Shown in pieces: positions 23,420 to 36,400 of a stretch of DNA of 64,000 nucleotides. A program made the translations under genes and the position numbers. The stretch is taken from the NCBI GenBank assembly GCA_043228905.1, contig JBHGNT010000002.1:13020001-13084000 (forward strand), read 5' to 3'. How positions within the stretch are numbered: position 1 is the first letter of the stretch; each line of letters starts with the position of its first letter. This DNA comes from Azolla caroliniana (taxonomy: Eukaryota; Plantae; Polypodiophyta). Below the pieces are notes generated by a model. That model was not told the origin of the DNA. It saw only the letters and a program-made list of their open reading frames with translations, and did no database searches.

Positions 23420-26400
23420 ATGAGTGCAGAGCGAACTTCGTTGAAGGTAACCACCAGCCACCGTTACGGCGCCCTGTCGCACCACGAGGTCTTGGCCACC
23501 TGCCCGACGCCCTGAGCCAGTCAAAGGAACTTCCGACTCGGCGTTCACTGACCAATCCTTTCCCGAGCAATCAGAGGCTTCCCTATTGCAATCCTCGCCA
23601 CCGGACACTCAATCGCGAGTTGATTCACCACCAAAACCCCTGTCGAGCCCTCCGGAGGTCAATCAACCGGAACTAAACCCTTTTCCGGTGCTAGCATAAG
23701 ACCCAGAGTACGACATCATGTCGTACCCATACCCACGATACAACGACGGACCAGACGCGGAGTCACACATCCGTGCCTTCATATCCACGTGGCAGGCCAA
23801 GCACTCAACGCACTGCCTCACGCCAGCCGAGATCGATGCCTCAAAGATTGCCGAGTTCACACTCTCCCTCGATGGACCGGCCGCACGATGGTACTCTCGC
23901 CTCGAAATAGGAGAGGCCACCACTTTCCAAATCGTGCGCACAAAGTTCCTTGAACATTTTCATCGCGAGGTGCCTAAACGGGAACTGCTCCGGCAATTCT
24001 TCTCTATATGCCAGGAACCGCACGAAACGGTCGTGCAGTTCACGATCCAGTTCCAGGATCTCTACAGACAAGTGGCCGATGATGTCTCGGCACAACATAT
24101 ACCGGACACTTTCCTATCTAGTTTACGAGAGCCTCTCCGAACGACTCTCGCACTTACAAATTTCGCCAACCATACTATCGAACAAGTCATAGCGCGGGTT
24201 CTCGCCCTTGATTGGACCCAGCACGGCGCGGCCTTCTCGATGACATCCTTGCAAAACGCTCTTCCCCAAGAGGACAATCGCTTTCGCCAAGCCCTCCAAT
24301 GCACAGCGTGTTCAGGATCAGGGCACCTGGCCCTCGAATGTCCCCACCGACCACAGTGTCTGATCTGTCAGTCTCGAGCTCACACTGTCGAACAGTGCGA
24401 ATATAATATGCTGAACCGCACAACGGCGGCACCAGTCTGCTAGATCAAGCCACGAAATACATAATCTCGGCAGGACGAGCGATATGTCTACCGAGACCAG
24501 GATAACGACCGACTGCGATCCCCGGATCGACGGCGTCGAGATGATGACTACCGACGTGATGACCGCCGTGATCATTATCGCGATGACCGGCACGACGATT
24601 ATGCTCGATATGATGACGATCGCGATGACCGGTATGACCGACGGAACTCACGCATTGATCGGTGAAATGACAACCGCAATACACGCAACAATAGAAGACC
24701 TAACGACAACCGCCGACGGGACGCTCCTCAAAATGACTAGCGCAACTCCAACGCAGTTCGGAACAACCCACCACCAAACAAGACGAAGAATCAACAACAA
24801 CAACGGACACCAGTAGCTCGGCCAACATTACATGTTTTAAATGTAACCAACCAGGCCACTATGCCACGCAATGTCCAACAACCAACCGTGGCAAGGCACC
24901 CGCGGTGAATAGTATCATGGCCGATGTTCAAACGGTCACTACCCGGAGTAAAGCGTAGACTACTCAGTGGCAAATCCAGGATGAAGTACGTCAGGCAGCA
25001 AAAGAATGGATCGACACGACCAATAAAAATAATGTCGTACGCATGCAAACTGACATGAGAGACGGGCCCAGTGAAGTACCACAAACCTCGGCACCATCCA
25101 CGTCGGAGGAGGACGACCAGCTCTGGGATGTTCTTACCAACTCCCGCATCTCGCTGCCCCTACATAAACTGTTACCACTCATGCCGAGATTTCGGGACAC
25201 CCTAGCGGCACTCCAAGCCAATACTAAGCTCGTTACGCCACTGCTACACCTCACCGAAGCAGGAACCGGTCCACCACTCATGGATTCTCAGAACCCAACC
25301 GTGCGAATCATCATTAAGGTACAAGACCTGCACGGATGCATCATCGACGGCGGATCCGGCGTAAACGTTATTAGCGAGTCAACGTGTCTCAACCTCGGCC
25401 TGAATCAATGGGAACCATGCCCCTTTTGGCTTCGGATGGCCGACACCCGCTCCGTTCGCCCCATTGGTTTAATCCGCCATCTCGACTTCACACTCGGAGG
25501 CCACATGTTCACGATCTCGGCCGTCGTGCTAAGACTGGAGACACAAGGCGCCTACCCAATGTTACTAGGTCGACCATGGTTGCGTACAACGAATATCAAG
25601 CAACATTGGCAACACAACATGATCTTGTTCCGAAGAGGCAAGACAAAAGTTTGAATCATCACTGAAGAACGAGTCCCCGTCGCCCTCAACACTTCGCCGT
25701 TATACGTGGAAGGGGTCCATATGCTTGACGGTTTGGCCGATGAGGAGGTCGATGACTTCCTAGATGATCATCCCACGATCATCCCTCTCTTCGAAATCAA
25801 TGCCTTACCAACCATCGAGCCATCTAAAGATGAGGAAGTCACGGAGGAGTCACCACCCCAAGATGAACCAGATCCAACCACAGTTGCCGAGCTACATCAT
25901 GCTCGAGAGGCTTTCGAACGCGAACTTGCCATTTCACAACGAGTGAAAGCATCAACCCTGGAAACAATAAACCTCGGTTCGGACGAGAATCCCCGTATGT
26001 TACAAATTGCCAATAATCTACCAACCGGAGAACGGGCATGCCTTGTAAAATTACTCACCGACTACCAGGATGTTTTCGCTTGGTCTTACACCGATACGAA
26101 GGGGCTAGATCCTCAATACTACCAACATCAAATTCACATCTTACCCCACACTCGGCCGATTTAGCAGAGGCGCTACAGGATGAACCCCAACTATTCCGCT
26201 AAAGTCAAAGAGGAAATCGACAAACTACTCCGAGTGGGCTTCATTCGCCCTGTTAAACGGGCCACGTGGTTGAGCCCGATCGTAGTAGTCCCAAAGAAGA
26301 ACGGAAAAATCCGCGTTTGCATCGACTATCAGAAGCTTAACGCGGCAATAGTCACCGACGGTTTCCCTCTCCCATTCACGGACAGCGTCCTCGACACGGT

Positions 26401-28787
26401 AGCCGGCCACGAATGCTACAGTTTCCTCGACGGGTTCAACGGCTATAACCAGATAAGAATGCACCCGGAGGATCAGGAGAAAACCGCTTTCGTCACGGAA
26501 TGGGGTGTTTTTGTAGCAGAAGTAATGATGTTCGGTCTAAAAACGGCGCCGGCTACGTTTCAGCGCATCATCACCGAAATCTTTCATGACTACATCCCGG
26601 CGTTCATGCAAGTCTTTCTCGACGATTTCGCCGTGTATGGCCATTGACGGGAACACATGACCCAGTTATGACTATGCCTGGACCGATGTCGCCAAGCTCG
26701 ATTGAGTTTAAACCCGGCAAAATGCGCGTTCTTAGTCACCAGCGGCAACCTTCTCGGCCACATTGTCAGTCAAGTAAAGTAAAGGCAATCCTGACCGCCA
26801 CCGCACCCTCGAACGCTAAGGCACTAAGTCGTTTTTTGGGACAGATCCGGTGGCACAGCTGAATGATACGACACCTGGCCGATTTCGCGACACCTTTACA
26901 CACGACAGTCCATCGCCTTCCCTTCCAATGGACATCAATCGAGGACACGGCCTATCAGACCCTGAAATGAATGCTGTCACATGCCCCGGTGGTCCAGTCT
27001 CCGGTTTGGTCCGAACCGTTTCATGTCTTCGTAGATGCTTTGGACATCGCCATCGGAAGTGCCCTGATGCAATGCACACCCCCGAATTGGTATAAGCCCG
27101 TGTACTACGCCAGCCGCCGGCTCTCGACCGCGGAAAAGAATTACTCCACCACTGAGTAGGAGGCCCTCGGTATGATTTATAGCATCACTAAATTTCGGCA
27201 TTACCTCTTGGGCCGAAAATTTACCTTTCACGTGGATCACTCGGCCCTTCTTTATTTGGTCAATAAACAAGCCCTCACCAGACGGTTGGCTCGGTGGATG
27301 CTCCTACTACAAGAGTTTGATTTCCAGATTCAGCATTGACCCGGGGTACAACATGCCATCGCCGACTACTTGAGTCGTCTTCAGTTAGGGGAACCGGCGA
27401 AAACAACGTACGACGAGCTACCGGACGCCAGCTTATTTAACTTGACCACGATACCAGACGATAACGGAGATGAATGGATCACGGAGATGATCCATTTTCT
27501 CACTACCAGTGTACCTCCCGAGCACATGCCCCTTGACATGAGAAAACGCCTAGCAATGCGTAGCCGGAATTTTTGCCTCGTTTCGGACATTCTCTACCAC
27601 AAAGGCTCGGACGGCATATGGCGCCGAGCGATTCGGCAATTCGAGAAGAATGTCGTTCTTCAAGAAGCCCACCAGGGAGTAGCTGGGGGGCACTACGCCG
27701 GGGATTCCACAGCAAGGAAAGTTTGGCAAAGTGGATTGTGGTGGCCGACAACGACGAAAGACGCTCACGAGTTTTGCCGGCAGTGCGATTTGTGCCAACG
27801 ACTGGGGCACCAATGGAACAGTCACGGATGCCACACCAGCCGATTCTTCCGTTGGACCCATTTCAAAAATGGGGTTTGGATTTTGTAGTCCCTTTCAAAC
27901 CACCCGCAGCCCGTACAGGGAATAGGTATATTATCGTTGCCACGGATTACTGCACCAAATGGGTCGAGGCTAAGGCACTCCGAGACAACACGGCGGCATC
28001 CACGGCTAAATTCGTGTATGAGCACCTTTGGGGCCATTACGGATGCCCAATCGAGCTCGTTAGTGATCAAGGTGGGCACTTCATCAATCATATAATACGT
28101 GAGCTTACACACCACTACGCGGTGGTGCACAAGAAAAGCACACCATACTACCCGCAAGCGAACAGCTTGGCGGAATCGACCAATAAAATCCTCCAAACCA
28201 TACTGAAGAAAATCGTCAATGAAAACAGGACCGATTGGAACGACAAACTCCAGAGCGCGTTGTGGGCGTATCGTACGACTTTCAAAACAAGCATCCAATC
28301 AACCCCCTTTCGATTGGCATTCGGGTTAGAAGCCGTAATGCCCGTCGAGTTCCAAATCCCGAGCCTCCGAGTTCAAATCACAGCACGGCTCCCCGAGGCC
28401 CTATCCGAGTAATACCGGCTGGAACAACTCCTCGAACTCGGCGAACATAGGATAGAGAGTATGGCCTAGCTCGAACAACGCCAACGGCAACGCAAGGCTT
28501 TCGTGGATCGACATCGACACGGGCTGGAAAAGGAGCTCACCATCGGCAAACCGGTTCTTCTTTTTCAAACGCGACTCGGGTCTATGCCGAGAAAATTAAG
28601 ATTTCGGTGTACCGGTCCATTCTGGATTATCGACGAGTTCAACGGGACGTTCCAGCTCGGCACACTCGCCGGCGACACTGTCAAAAGTTGGGCCAATGGG
28701 TTCCGACTTCGACCATATCGAGGCACTACACCACCCAACCTGTTTTGGGAAACCACCACGGAGGAGGCCACGTGTCCCCCTGAATAA
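23420..28787 (+). pseudogene. Element C gag-pol with many stops and frameshifts
   Basis: IIDGGSG, VFLDD, RNase H and integrase fragments in the ORF track. Confidence 0.9.
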
Positions 28788-29309
28788 GGACTCACCCACC
28801 TTCTTGAAATTAATAAAAGTAGTAGTAGGTAGGATTAACCATAGTTTAGCCACCGATTAGCTACAGCTACACCACCCACCTAGGCACCCACAATTTTAGG
28901 AGCACCCCTCGCCACCACTCATTTAGTACCTATTTAAGCACATGCAAAGCACTAGAAGTACCCCACTTACCTTCAGGAAACGTGGTGTTAGTCACTTATT
29001 ATGGCACCCATGACTCAGAATCTTCAGGATTCGCTTCACGAACAAAACCCTAGGAGTAAGTTACTAAAACCATTTCCAAAACGCAGCACAGACGCAGAAG
29101 TTCATTATCACTCCCAATCTCCATCGCTCTCAAGCTTAGAAACCCCGTCTCGCTCTCATCGCTATAAACGCTCTTGCTCTCAAGCCCTCTTTCGCTCTCA
29201 TAACCCCTCTGCTGAACTTCCCCTTCCTGTTGTTCCTCCTTTGTCTCACCCTCGCCTCATCACTCTTCTTCACGTTTCCACACAGTCGAACCCCGTCTCC
29301 ATCTCCACC

Positions 29310-32300
29310 ATGCCTCTTACCGCTTCAACAGAAACCCACGCCTAGCTCCAGGAATGAGGAATGGGCGGTTACCTGAAGATCATCAATGCCCCCGCGCACC
29401 TAGATGCCCAAGGTGTGGCCAAACGTATTTGTCCCGAAGCCATCACCAACAACGTGCATCGGGCTGTTTTGGACCTGCAACGGGGAGGGGACCATGAGGT
29501 CGACCTACCCCCGGCATCGAAGATGAAAGCGTACTTCGGTGAGTACTTAGCCTCAGGGAAAGCATATCGCACGTATGGCGGTCCCAACAGAGCTTTCGGG
29601 GATATTGCTTGTATATTAATGGAGTATGCGTTCGTGCATACGAACCCAACGAGCATGCCGCAGAACAAGGCAGCCATCATCATCAACGCGTATGAAGGAA
29701 ACAGAATCGATTGGGGAATCATCACAGGCGAAGGACTCCGCGCCGCCTTAGCTTCATTTCAATCCGGTAAGAAGATGTTGTCTGTTCTTACCCACTTTTT
29801 GATGGTTCTATACCCACCCTCTTCTCTTCCTTCCCCTCGCACACTCACGTCCCCACCACCACCACGAAAGCAGAAAGAGAAATTCGTTGCCATCAGCCAC
29901 GAAGCATGGGAGCCCACATCGCCTCCACCTCCTACCGCCGACCAAAACCTCGCATCTGCACCACCACCCACCGAACCCCAACAAAAAAGGGCAGTTTCCG
30001 AGACCTGCCAAGAATGGGAGGAGGTAGCCACGGAGGACAACACGGCAGATGATGTCACCATTCGACAACCAACGTCGCGCCCCACGGTAACTTCCCCAGG
30101 GCCTAGCCCACGCCCCAACACACAGCAGGTTGCACCACCACGACCCCTGAAAACAAAGCAGGCAGAGGAAACGACACTACCGGCCCCGAAACCCCAAACA
30201 CAGCCGAGCAAGAGAAGACAACTCAACCGCTAGTCCTCGGAAGAACAGAAAGAGCCACAACAGGAGCAAGCCTTAGTTGTCAGACAGAGCAACCTGGCCA
30301 TCATCCTTGAGGAGGCATCGCTGAACCAGGGAAAGATCGAGCATGGGTAGACAACGCAGATCTCGGAGGATGAAGTCCTCGGGTTTCCCCGCGGAGGCTT
30401 ACGAATTTAGTGCGCTCCTACGCCTCGGTACGACATTTGAGTTGGTCGACTTCCTCGCGAGAGCCCAAGTCGCAGCAGCCGCTCGAATGGCGGAAGAGCA
30501 CGCCGAAACAAAAATTATTCAATGCGCGCTAATAGGTGAAATTGAGCCCCAGGAGGACAGGGCTTTACAAAAAATCGGGAGAAAGAAGCAGGCAAAACAG
30601 GCTGCTCTCCTCATGGAGGTCCCCGAGTTGAACACGGCCCTTATCGAGGCATATAGGGACCTGGATCGCACTACGCGGGCAGCCAAAGACATGGCCCGAA
30701 AAATAAAAATAGCCCAAAAACAGGCTAAGATGGCTACAGAATTATGGCACGTTGTGAAACAGAAGCTGGCAGCTTGGGAGCAAAACCGGTCGGAACAACA
30801 ACTCTTGAGCCTTCCGGCCACGACCACTGAGGCCCTCCCAGCCCCTCCACGCATAACAATGATGGATGAAAGCACTGTCACAGATTCAATCCTGACGATG
30901 CAGGCCAGTACACAAACGGACTCGTTACAAATGGTCGATGCCTGCACAACAATCGAGGCGGCCACGCCCATGGAGAAGACAGAGATACCACCCCCTCGTG
31001 CACCCAAGGAGGTGGCAACCCAGACAGAACCCCCGCTCCGGAGCTTAAAGAAGAACAACGGCGAACGGAGAGACACGAACAACGGCATCAGGAGGCGATG
31101 GCTCGCCTAAAAGAAGAAGCTTCCAAGCAGATGGCCGAGATTAGAGCCCAGGCCGACCAAAGGATAAACGAGTAGAACGAAGCACTGGGCCGGGTACAAG
31201 CGCAAGCCGCGGGCAAAGAAGCCGAACTCAAAAGCAAGCTGGAGGAATACGCAGCCACAGTGGCAAAGAAGGAGAAGGAGGTCCTAGACCTATAGGCCGC
31301 GCTTGACAATGCGAAAGACTGGAACCATCGGCAGGAGGAAAGAAATCGCCAACGGGAGGAGAGAATGATCGCGGAGAATGCTGAGCTGCAGAGTCAGCGT
31401 ACGACCCTTAAAGAAATGGCTGACGAGTTTTTCATCAAATGCAAGCTACTTTCGGAGCAAAAAGATGAATTATCGGATTCCTACTTCGCCCTACAAGAAG
31501 AGAAAATCGTCGAACGGGAACAAGTCCGGGCCGTGTGTCAAAAAGAACGAGAGCAAGCCACCAAAGAACTCACCAAGCGTTACAAGCAAGCTATCCAGCT
31601 CGTAACCGTAGAAGCAAAGAACACTCAAGCCATCTATGAACTATGAGCAAAGAAGCTTCGGGCCGAGGTCGACGGCTTAAAACAGGAATTAGCCGCCATC
31701 CAAGCACAGCCCGGCATGGATGAGACACGCATCAGAATACTGATCGAGAAACAACACCAGCACCTTACCAAAAAGGTCGAGGAAACATTAAGTCGCGCAG
31801 GAGAAGAATGGGCAACCCAAGCTGCCGAATTGCATATTTTACGCGTCGATGCCAAGAACCGACGGAAGGAGAGCCGTAGCTTCTACAAAATGGACGAAGC
31901 CAGCATACAAAACCTGCGTGCAGATTTAACCGAGGATTACCAGTCCTTGGCAAAATCTCACACCGCGGCAATCGAGCAAATATTGGAGGACTTCAATGAC
32001 GGTCAGATGTTGTTTCGCCTGGAAGCAGAAGCCTTTGAACGAGAACGACTCGCAACCATCCCAACCAGCCCTCCAACGGCCACAAAGCAGAAGGAAGAAC
32101 CTTCCAGCAAGGAGATCATGGACATGGCACAGGAGGAACTTGCCTCGGCCAACAAACATCCCATGGATGCCCACACGGTACCAGATCCAGTCGAAGTAGA
32201 GATCAGCGCCCTCGAACCCACACCCCCACCAGAAGAATCGGCCGCACCTGAGGCGGACGCCCGAGAAGATATGACACCCCCGGACCAAACTCAACCCCCC

Positions 32301-32378
32301 GCACCGACAGTCCAACCAGACCACCTTGCCACCACCCTGGACCCCGAAAACATCCTCGACATCATAAAAGAGGAATGA
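29310..32378 (+). pseudogene. Element C extra 3' ORF (~1020 codons, disrupted)
   Basis: YFGEY..KAYRT..YEGNRIDWGII; FYKMDEASI; ends ENILDIIKEE*. Confidence 0.85.
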
Positions 32379-32445
32379 AACGAGGATCATGCCTAAAAGG
32401 CAATTTTTGTAATATTGTTAGTATTTTGTAAGTCGTGGGTCCAAC

Positions 32446-32476
32446 GGACAAGGTCCTGTCCCACGGGCGTGCCAGG
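32446..32476 (+). promoter_or_regulatory. Hairpin plus tRNA-3'-end-like motif at the PPT position of C
   Basis: GGAC-AAG-GTCC-TG-TCCCACGGGCGTGCCA-GG|LTR. Confidence 0.8.
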
Positions 32477-33404
32477 TGTTGTCCAGAGGACAGAAATGTA
32501 AAATTAGGAAATTAGCAAACGCCGAGTCCGAGTATCACGGGCCACCGACGGCTCGGTTGTGTATTAGGGGAATAGTTATTTAAACGAGGACCAGTACCTC
32601 AGAGGAGGGGGAAGAAGAAAAATATAGGCGGAAGCACTAGCTGAGCCCCTCGTAACTAGATAATCTTGTAAGGTCACCGGCCGTAGGCCGTGTTCTATAA
32701 TCTTTTCTGTCGCAATAATATATCTGAATTGTGCCCAGTTTGCTCTGGATGTGTCTGTGCTTGATTCATACCTATGATTTGAGCGCCGCCCACGCCTGCC
32801 AAGATCTCGTTAGTGTTTTCTCTTTGAGCACTGTCTCTCTCTCGACGCCTCTGTTACGAGCCTTCACGTACCACGCCCTTGAATACCGATAGCCGCATAT
32901 CTATCGAAGGTGTTCACCCAAAGAAACGGGTAACAACTACTCCTGCTCAGTTCCCTCCCAGATAGCTGGGAGTGTTGGCCGGTCAGAAGAGCAAGGACAA
33001 GTGGGAAGGCGGATCGGATAATAGGAAGTAATAGTAGAATTATTATTCGGAGGGACGGATTCGGTACAGTTGTACCGATCCGGATCCGAACCGATTCGGA
33101 TGTCGGTTGCCTAAGCGCACCGATTGTAACCTTGCCGGATGCCTATAAAAGGATCCGATGATTTGTAAAGTGTTTCGACGGAAGTAATACAATAGTACTT
33201 ATTGTGTATTTATCTGTATCTCGTATTGTTTGCCGTCCGTGCTTAATTGTAATCATCTTATGCGTGGAACCTAGCATCCAATCCTTACCACCCCTTTGGA
33301 GAAGTGTCGGGTAGACACCTGTGTTGAGGCTAGTCCGGCCAGACATACAACACTATTTTGGCGACCACGATTCCTGCAAAGTGCAGAGGACAACCGAGGG
33401 ATGG

Positions 33405-36400
33405 TTGTCTAGACCAAACAACGACCACATCACCGAACGAGGGAGACGATACACCGAACGCGAGCAACGACGGGAAGCCCTGCAGCAGGCCGTCGACGAG
33501 ATCTGGCGGGATCGGTCATTCTCCAAAACTCTTCGGAGAGTCGTAGAAGAAGCACTACAGTTCCGGGTTCTGCAAATCCCCGACGAAGGCAGTAGCATAA
33601 CAAGCCTGCAAGAGGCGGAAAGGATACTGCAGACGCTCGCCGCGGGCGACGGGGACTCGGAAGCATTCGCAACACTTGAGGCGGAGTCGGAAAGCGACGG
33701 AAGCGTTGCATCCCGGTATAAAAGCAGCCACGACACACCAAACGACCGGGAGGACGAGGGGTCGGAAGACTCAGTAACACCGGCGCCAGAGGAAGAAATA
33801 ACCCTGGAATTCAGTGACCGGCAACTGCCGAGGAAGGCTGACCGGATACCGACAACAACCGCGAGGGAACCAAAGGAGCAGATACCGACAACACCCGCGG
33901 AGGAACCAACGGACCGGACACCGGCAACACCCGCGGAGGAACCAAAGGTTCTCACACCAACGCCAACAGCGAATAGGGAACAGGAGAGTCAGTTGGACGA
34001 CACGATGCCGTACCCATACCCAAAGTACCTGGATGAGGCCGACGCGGAGGCACACGTGTACGCATTCCTCCAAACATGGGAAGCCAACCATATCTCCCAA
34101 AGACTGACGGAACCCGAAGCCGAACGATCCAAAATCGCCGAATTCGGCATAACCTTAGAAGGACCGGCGGCCCAATGGCACGCAAAACATTTACCAGGCA
34201 CCTTTGCCACATTCGATGCCTTGAAGGCCAGATTCCTCAGGTTTTTTCACAGACAATTTGAGCAAAGGGAATTGGTCGGGTAGTTCTACACCACCCGGCA
34301 GGAAGAAAACGAGACTATGCCACAATTCATCATTCGGTTCCAGACCCTGCACAGCCAACTGACAAGAGCACCACCCGAAGACGAAGCCAAAGCAGTCTTT
34401 CTGGCCGCACTGAAAGAGCCACTTCGAACAATGTGCGGAGTCCTTGATTTCCAAACCAGCACAATGGACCAGGTTATTGATCGGGTTTTAGAAATGGACA
34501 AGACTAGCCCCTTCTTGTCGATGGGGATGTTACACCGGGCACTCCCAAAAGAGGAAGACCTGAGGTTCCGACAGGCCTTACAATGTACAACATGCCTAAA
34601 TTCGGGGCACTCAACAGTAGACTACACCCTGCGGACACAATGTGTGATCTGCAACTCTCGAGCCCATACAACGGACCGATGCGAATACAACCTATTAAAT
34701 CGGCAGGCAGCACCGGTTCGACACATAGAACCGCGCAATCAGAACCCGGACGAGGATCGGTTCCGGAGAGACGACCGCTACCAACGCGAACGCGGTAACA
34801 GATACGCTGATAGAAGACGCGACAACTACGACCGAGAGGAGAGACGCAAAGAAAGCTACCCCCGGGACCGGTACGACTGAGACGGAGCCCCGGAATACGA
34901 CCGACGCGGAGAAGAGAGGCGACAAGGGAACCAAAATTTCTGACGGAATCAGAAGCGTGGATTTTTCCGAAGAGAGGAACGTCGGGAGGCAGCAAGGAAT
35001 GACAACCCGGTATCCGTACCGGATAACCGAAAAACCGAAGACGACCGCCGGAGCATACCCACCCTCCAAACCAGGGACAAAGGAGAAACGAGCAACAGTC
35101 ACAAGGTGTACTGTTATTACTGCCGCAAGGAAGGCCACTATAGTAACCAATGCCCAAGCAAAAGCTATGACAAGCAGCCGGAAGTCAACATGGTTACAGC
35201 CGAAATAACAGAAGTACAGCAGGTCACAACCCGGTCAAAGGGAAAGACCGCCGAGTGGGAGGCCCAGGAGGCAATCAGAAAACAAGCGACACAATGGATC
35301 AAGGAGGCCAATGAACAGAATGCGGCAGAAGTAAGAGACCAAAATATGCCAAAAGACGAAGAAATCATACAGCCAGGAGAAAACCCGACGTGGCAAGCGC
35401 TATAGGACTGTCAAATCGTGATGCCGTTAGCATGACTACTACAGTTAGTGCCACGATTTACGGCAGATCTACAGGCATCCGTCAGCAAACTGAAGCCGAC
35501 GCCAACACCGGCATTCTTCTCCAACCCGGAGGAAGGACCAGCGGTGGTCAATACAAGTAGCCCGGCAATCACGACAATCGTGAAAGGAAAGGAAATTGCT
35601 GGAATGATTATTGACGGAGGCTCCGGGGTAAATGTCATCACTTACCGGGCAGCTTTGCCACATTCGATGCCTTGAAGGCCAGATTCCTCAGGCTTTTTCA
35701 CAGACAATTTGAGCAAAGGGAATTGGTCGGGCAATTCTACACCACCCGGCAGGAAGAGAATGAGACTGTGCCACAATTCATCATTCGGTTTCAGACCCTG
35801 CATAGCCAACTGACAAGAGCACCACCCGAAGACGAAGCCAAAGCAGTCTTTTTGGCTGCACTGAAAGAGCCACTTCGAACAATGTGCGGAGTCCTTGATT
35901 TCCAAACCAGCACAATGGACCAAGTTATTGATCGGGTTTTAGAAATGGACAAGACTAGCCCCTTCTTGTCGATGGGGATGTTACACCGGGCACTCCCAAA
36001 GGAGGAAGACCTGAGGTTCCGACAGGCCTTACAATGTACAACATGCCTAAATTCGGGGCACTCAACAGTAGACTGCACCACCCTGCGGACACAATGTACG
36101 ATCTGCAACTCTCGAGCCCATACAACGGACCGATGCGAATATAACCTGTTAAATCGGCAGGCAGCACCGGTTCGACACATAGAACCGCGCAATCAGAACC
36201 CGGACGAGGATCGATTCCGGAGAGACGACCGCTACCAACGCGAACGCGGTAACAGATACGCTGATAGCAGACGCGATAACTATGACCGAGAGGAGAGACG
36301 CAGAGATAGCTACCCCCGGGACCGGTACGACCGAGACGAATCCCCGGAATACGAACGACGCAAAGAAGAGAGGCGACAAGGGAACCGAAATTTCCGACGG

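Larger units (their letters stand above)
22938..32935 (+). mobile_element. Full-length gypsy element C with extra 3' ORF
   Basis: LTRs 22938-23394 and 32477-32935; TSD ACTAC; PBS TGGCACGCCCGGT 23400-23412. Confidence 0.95.
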
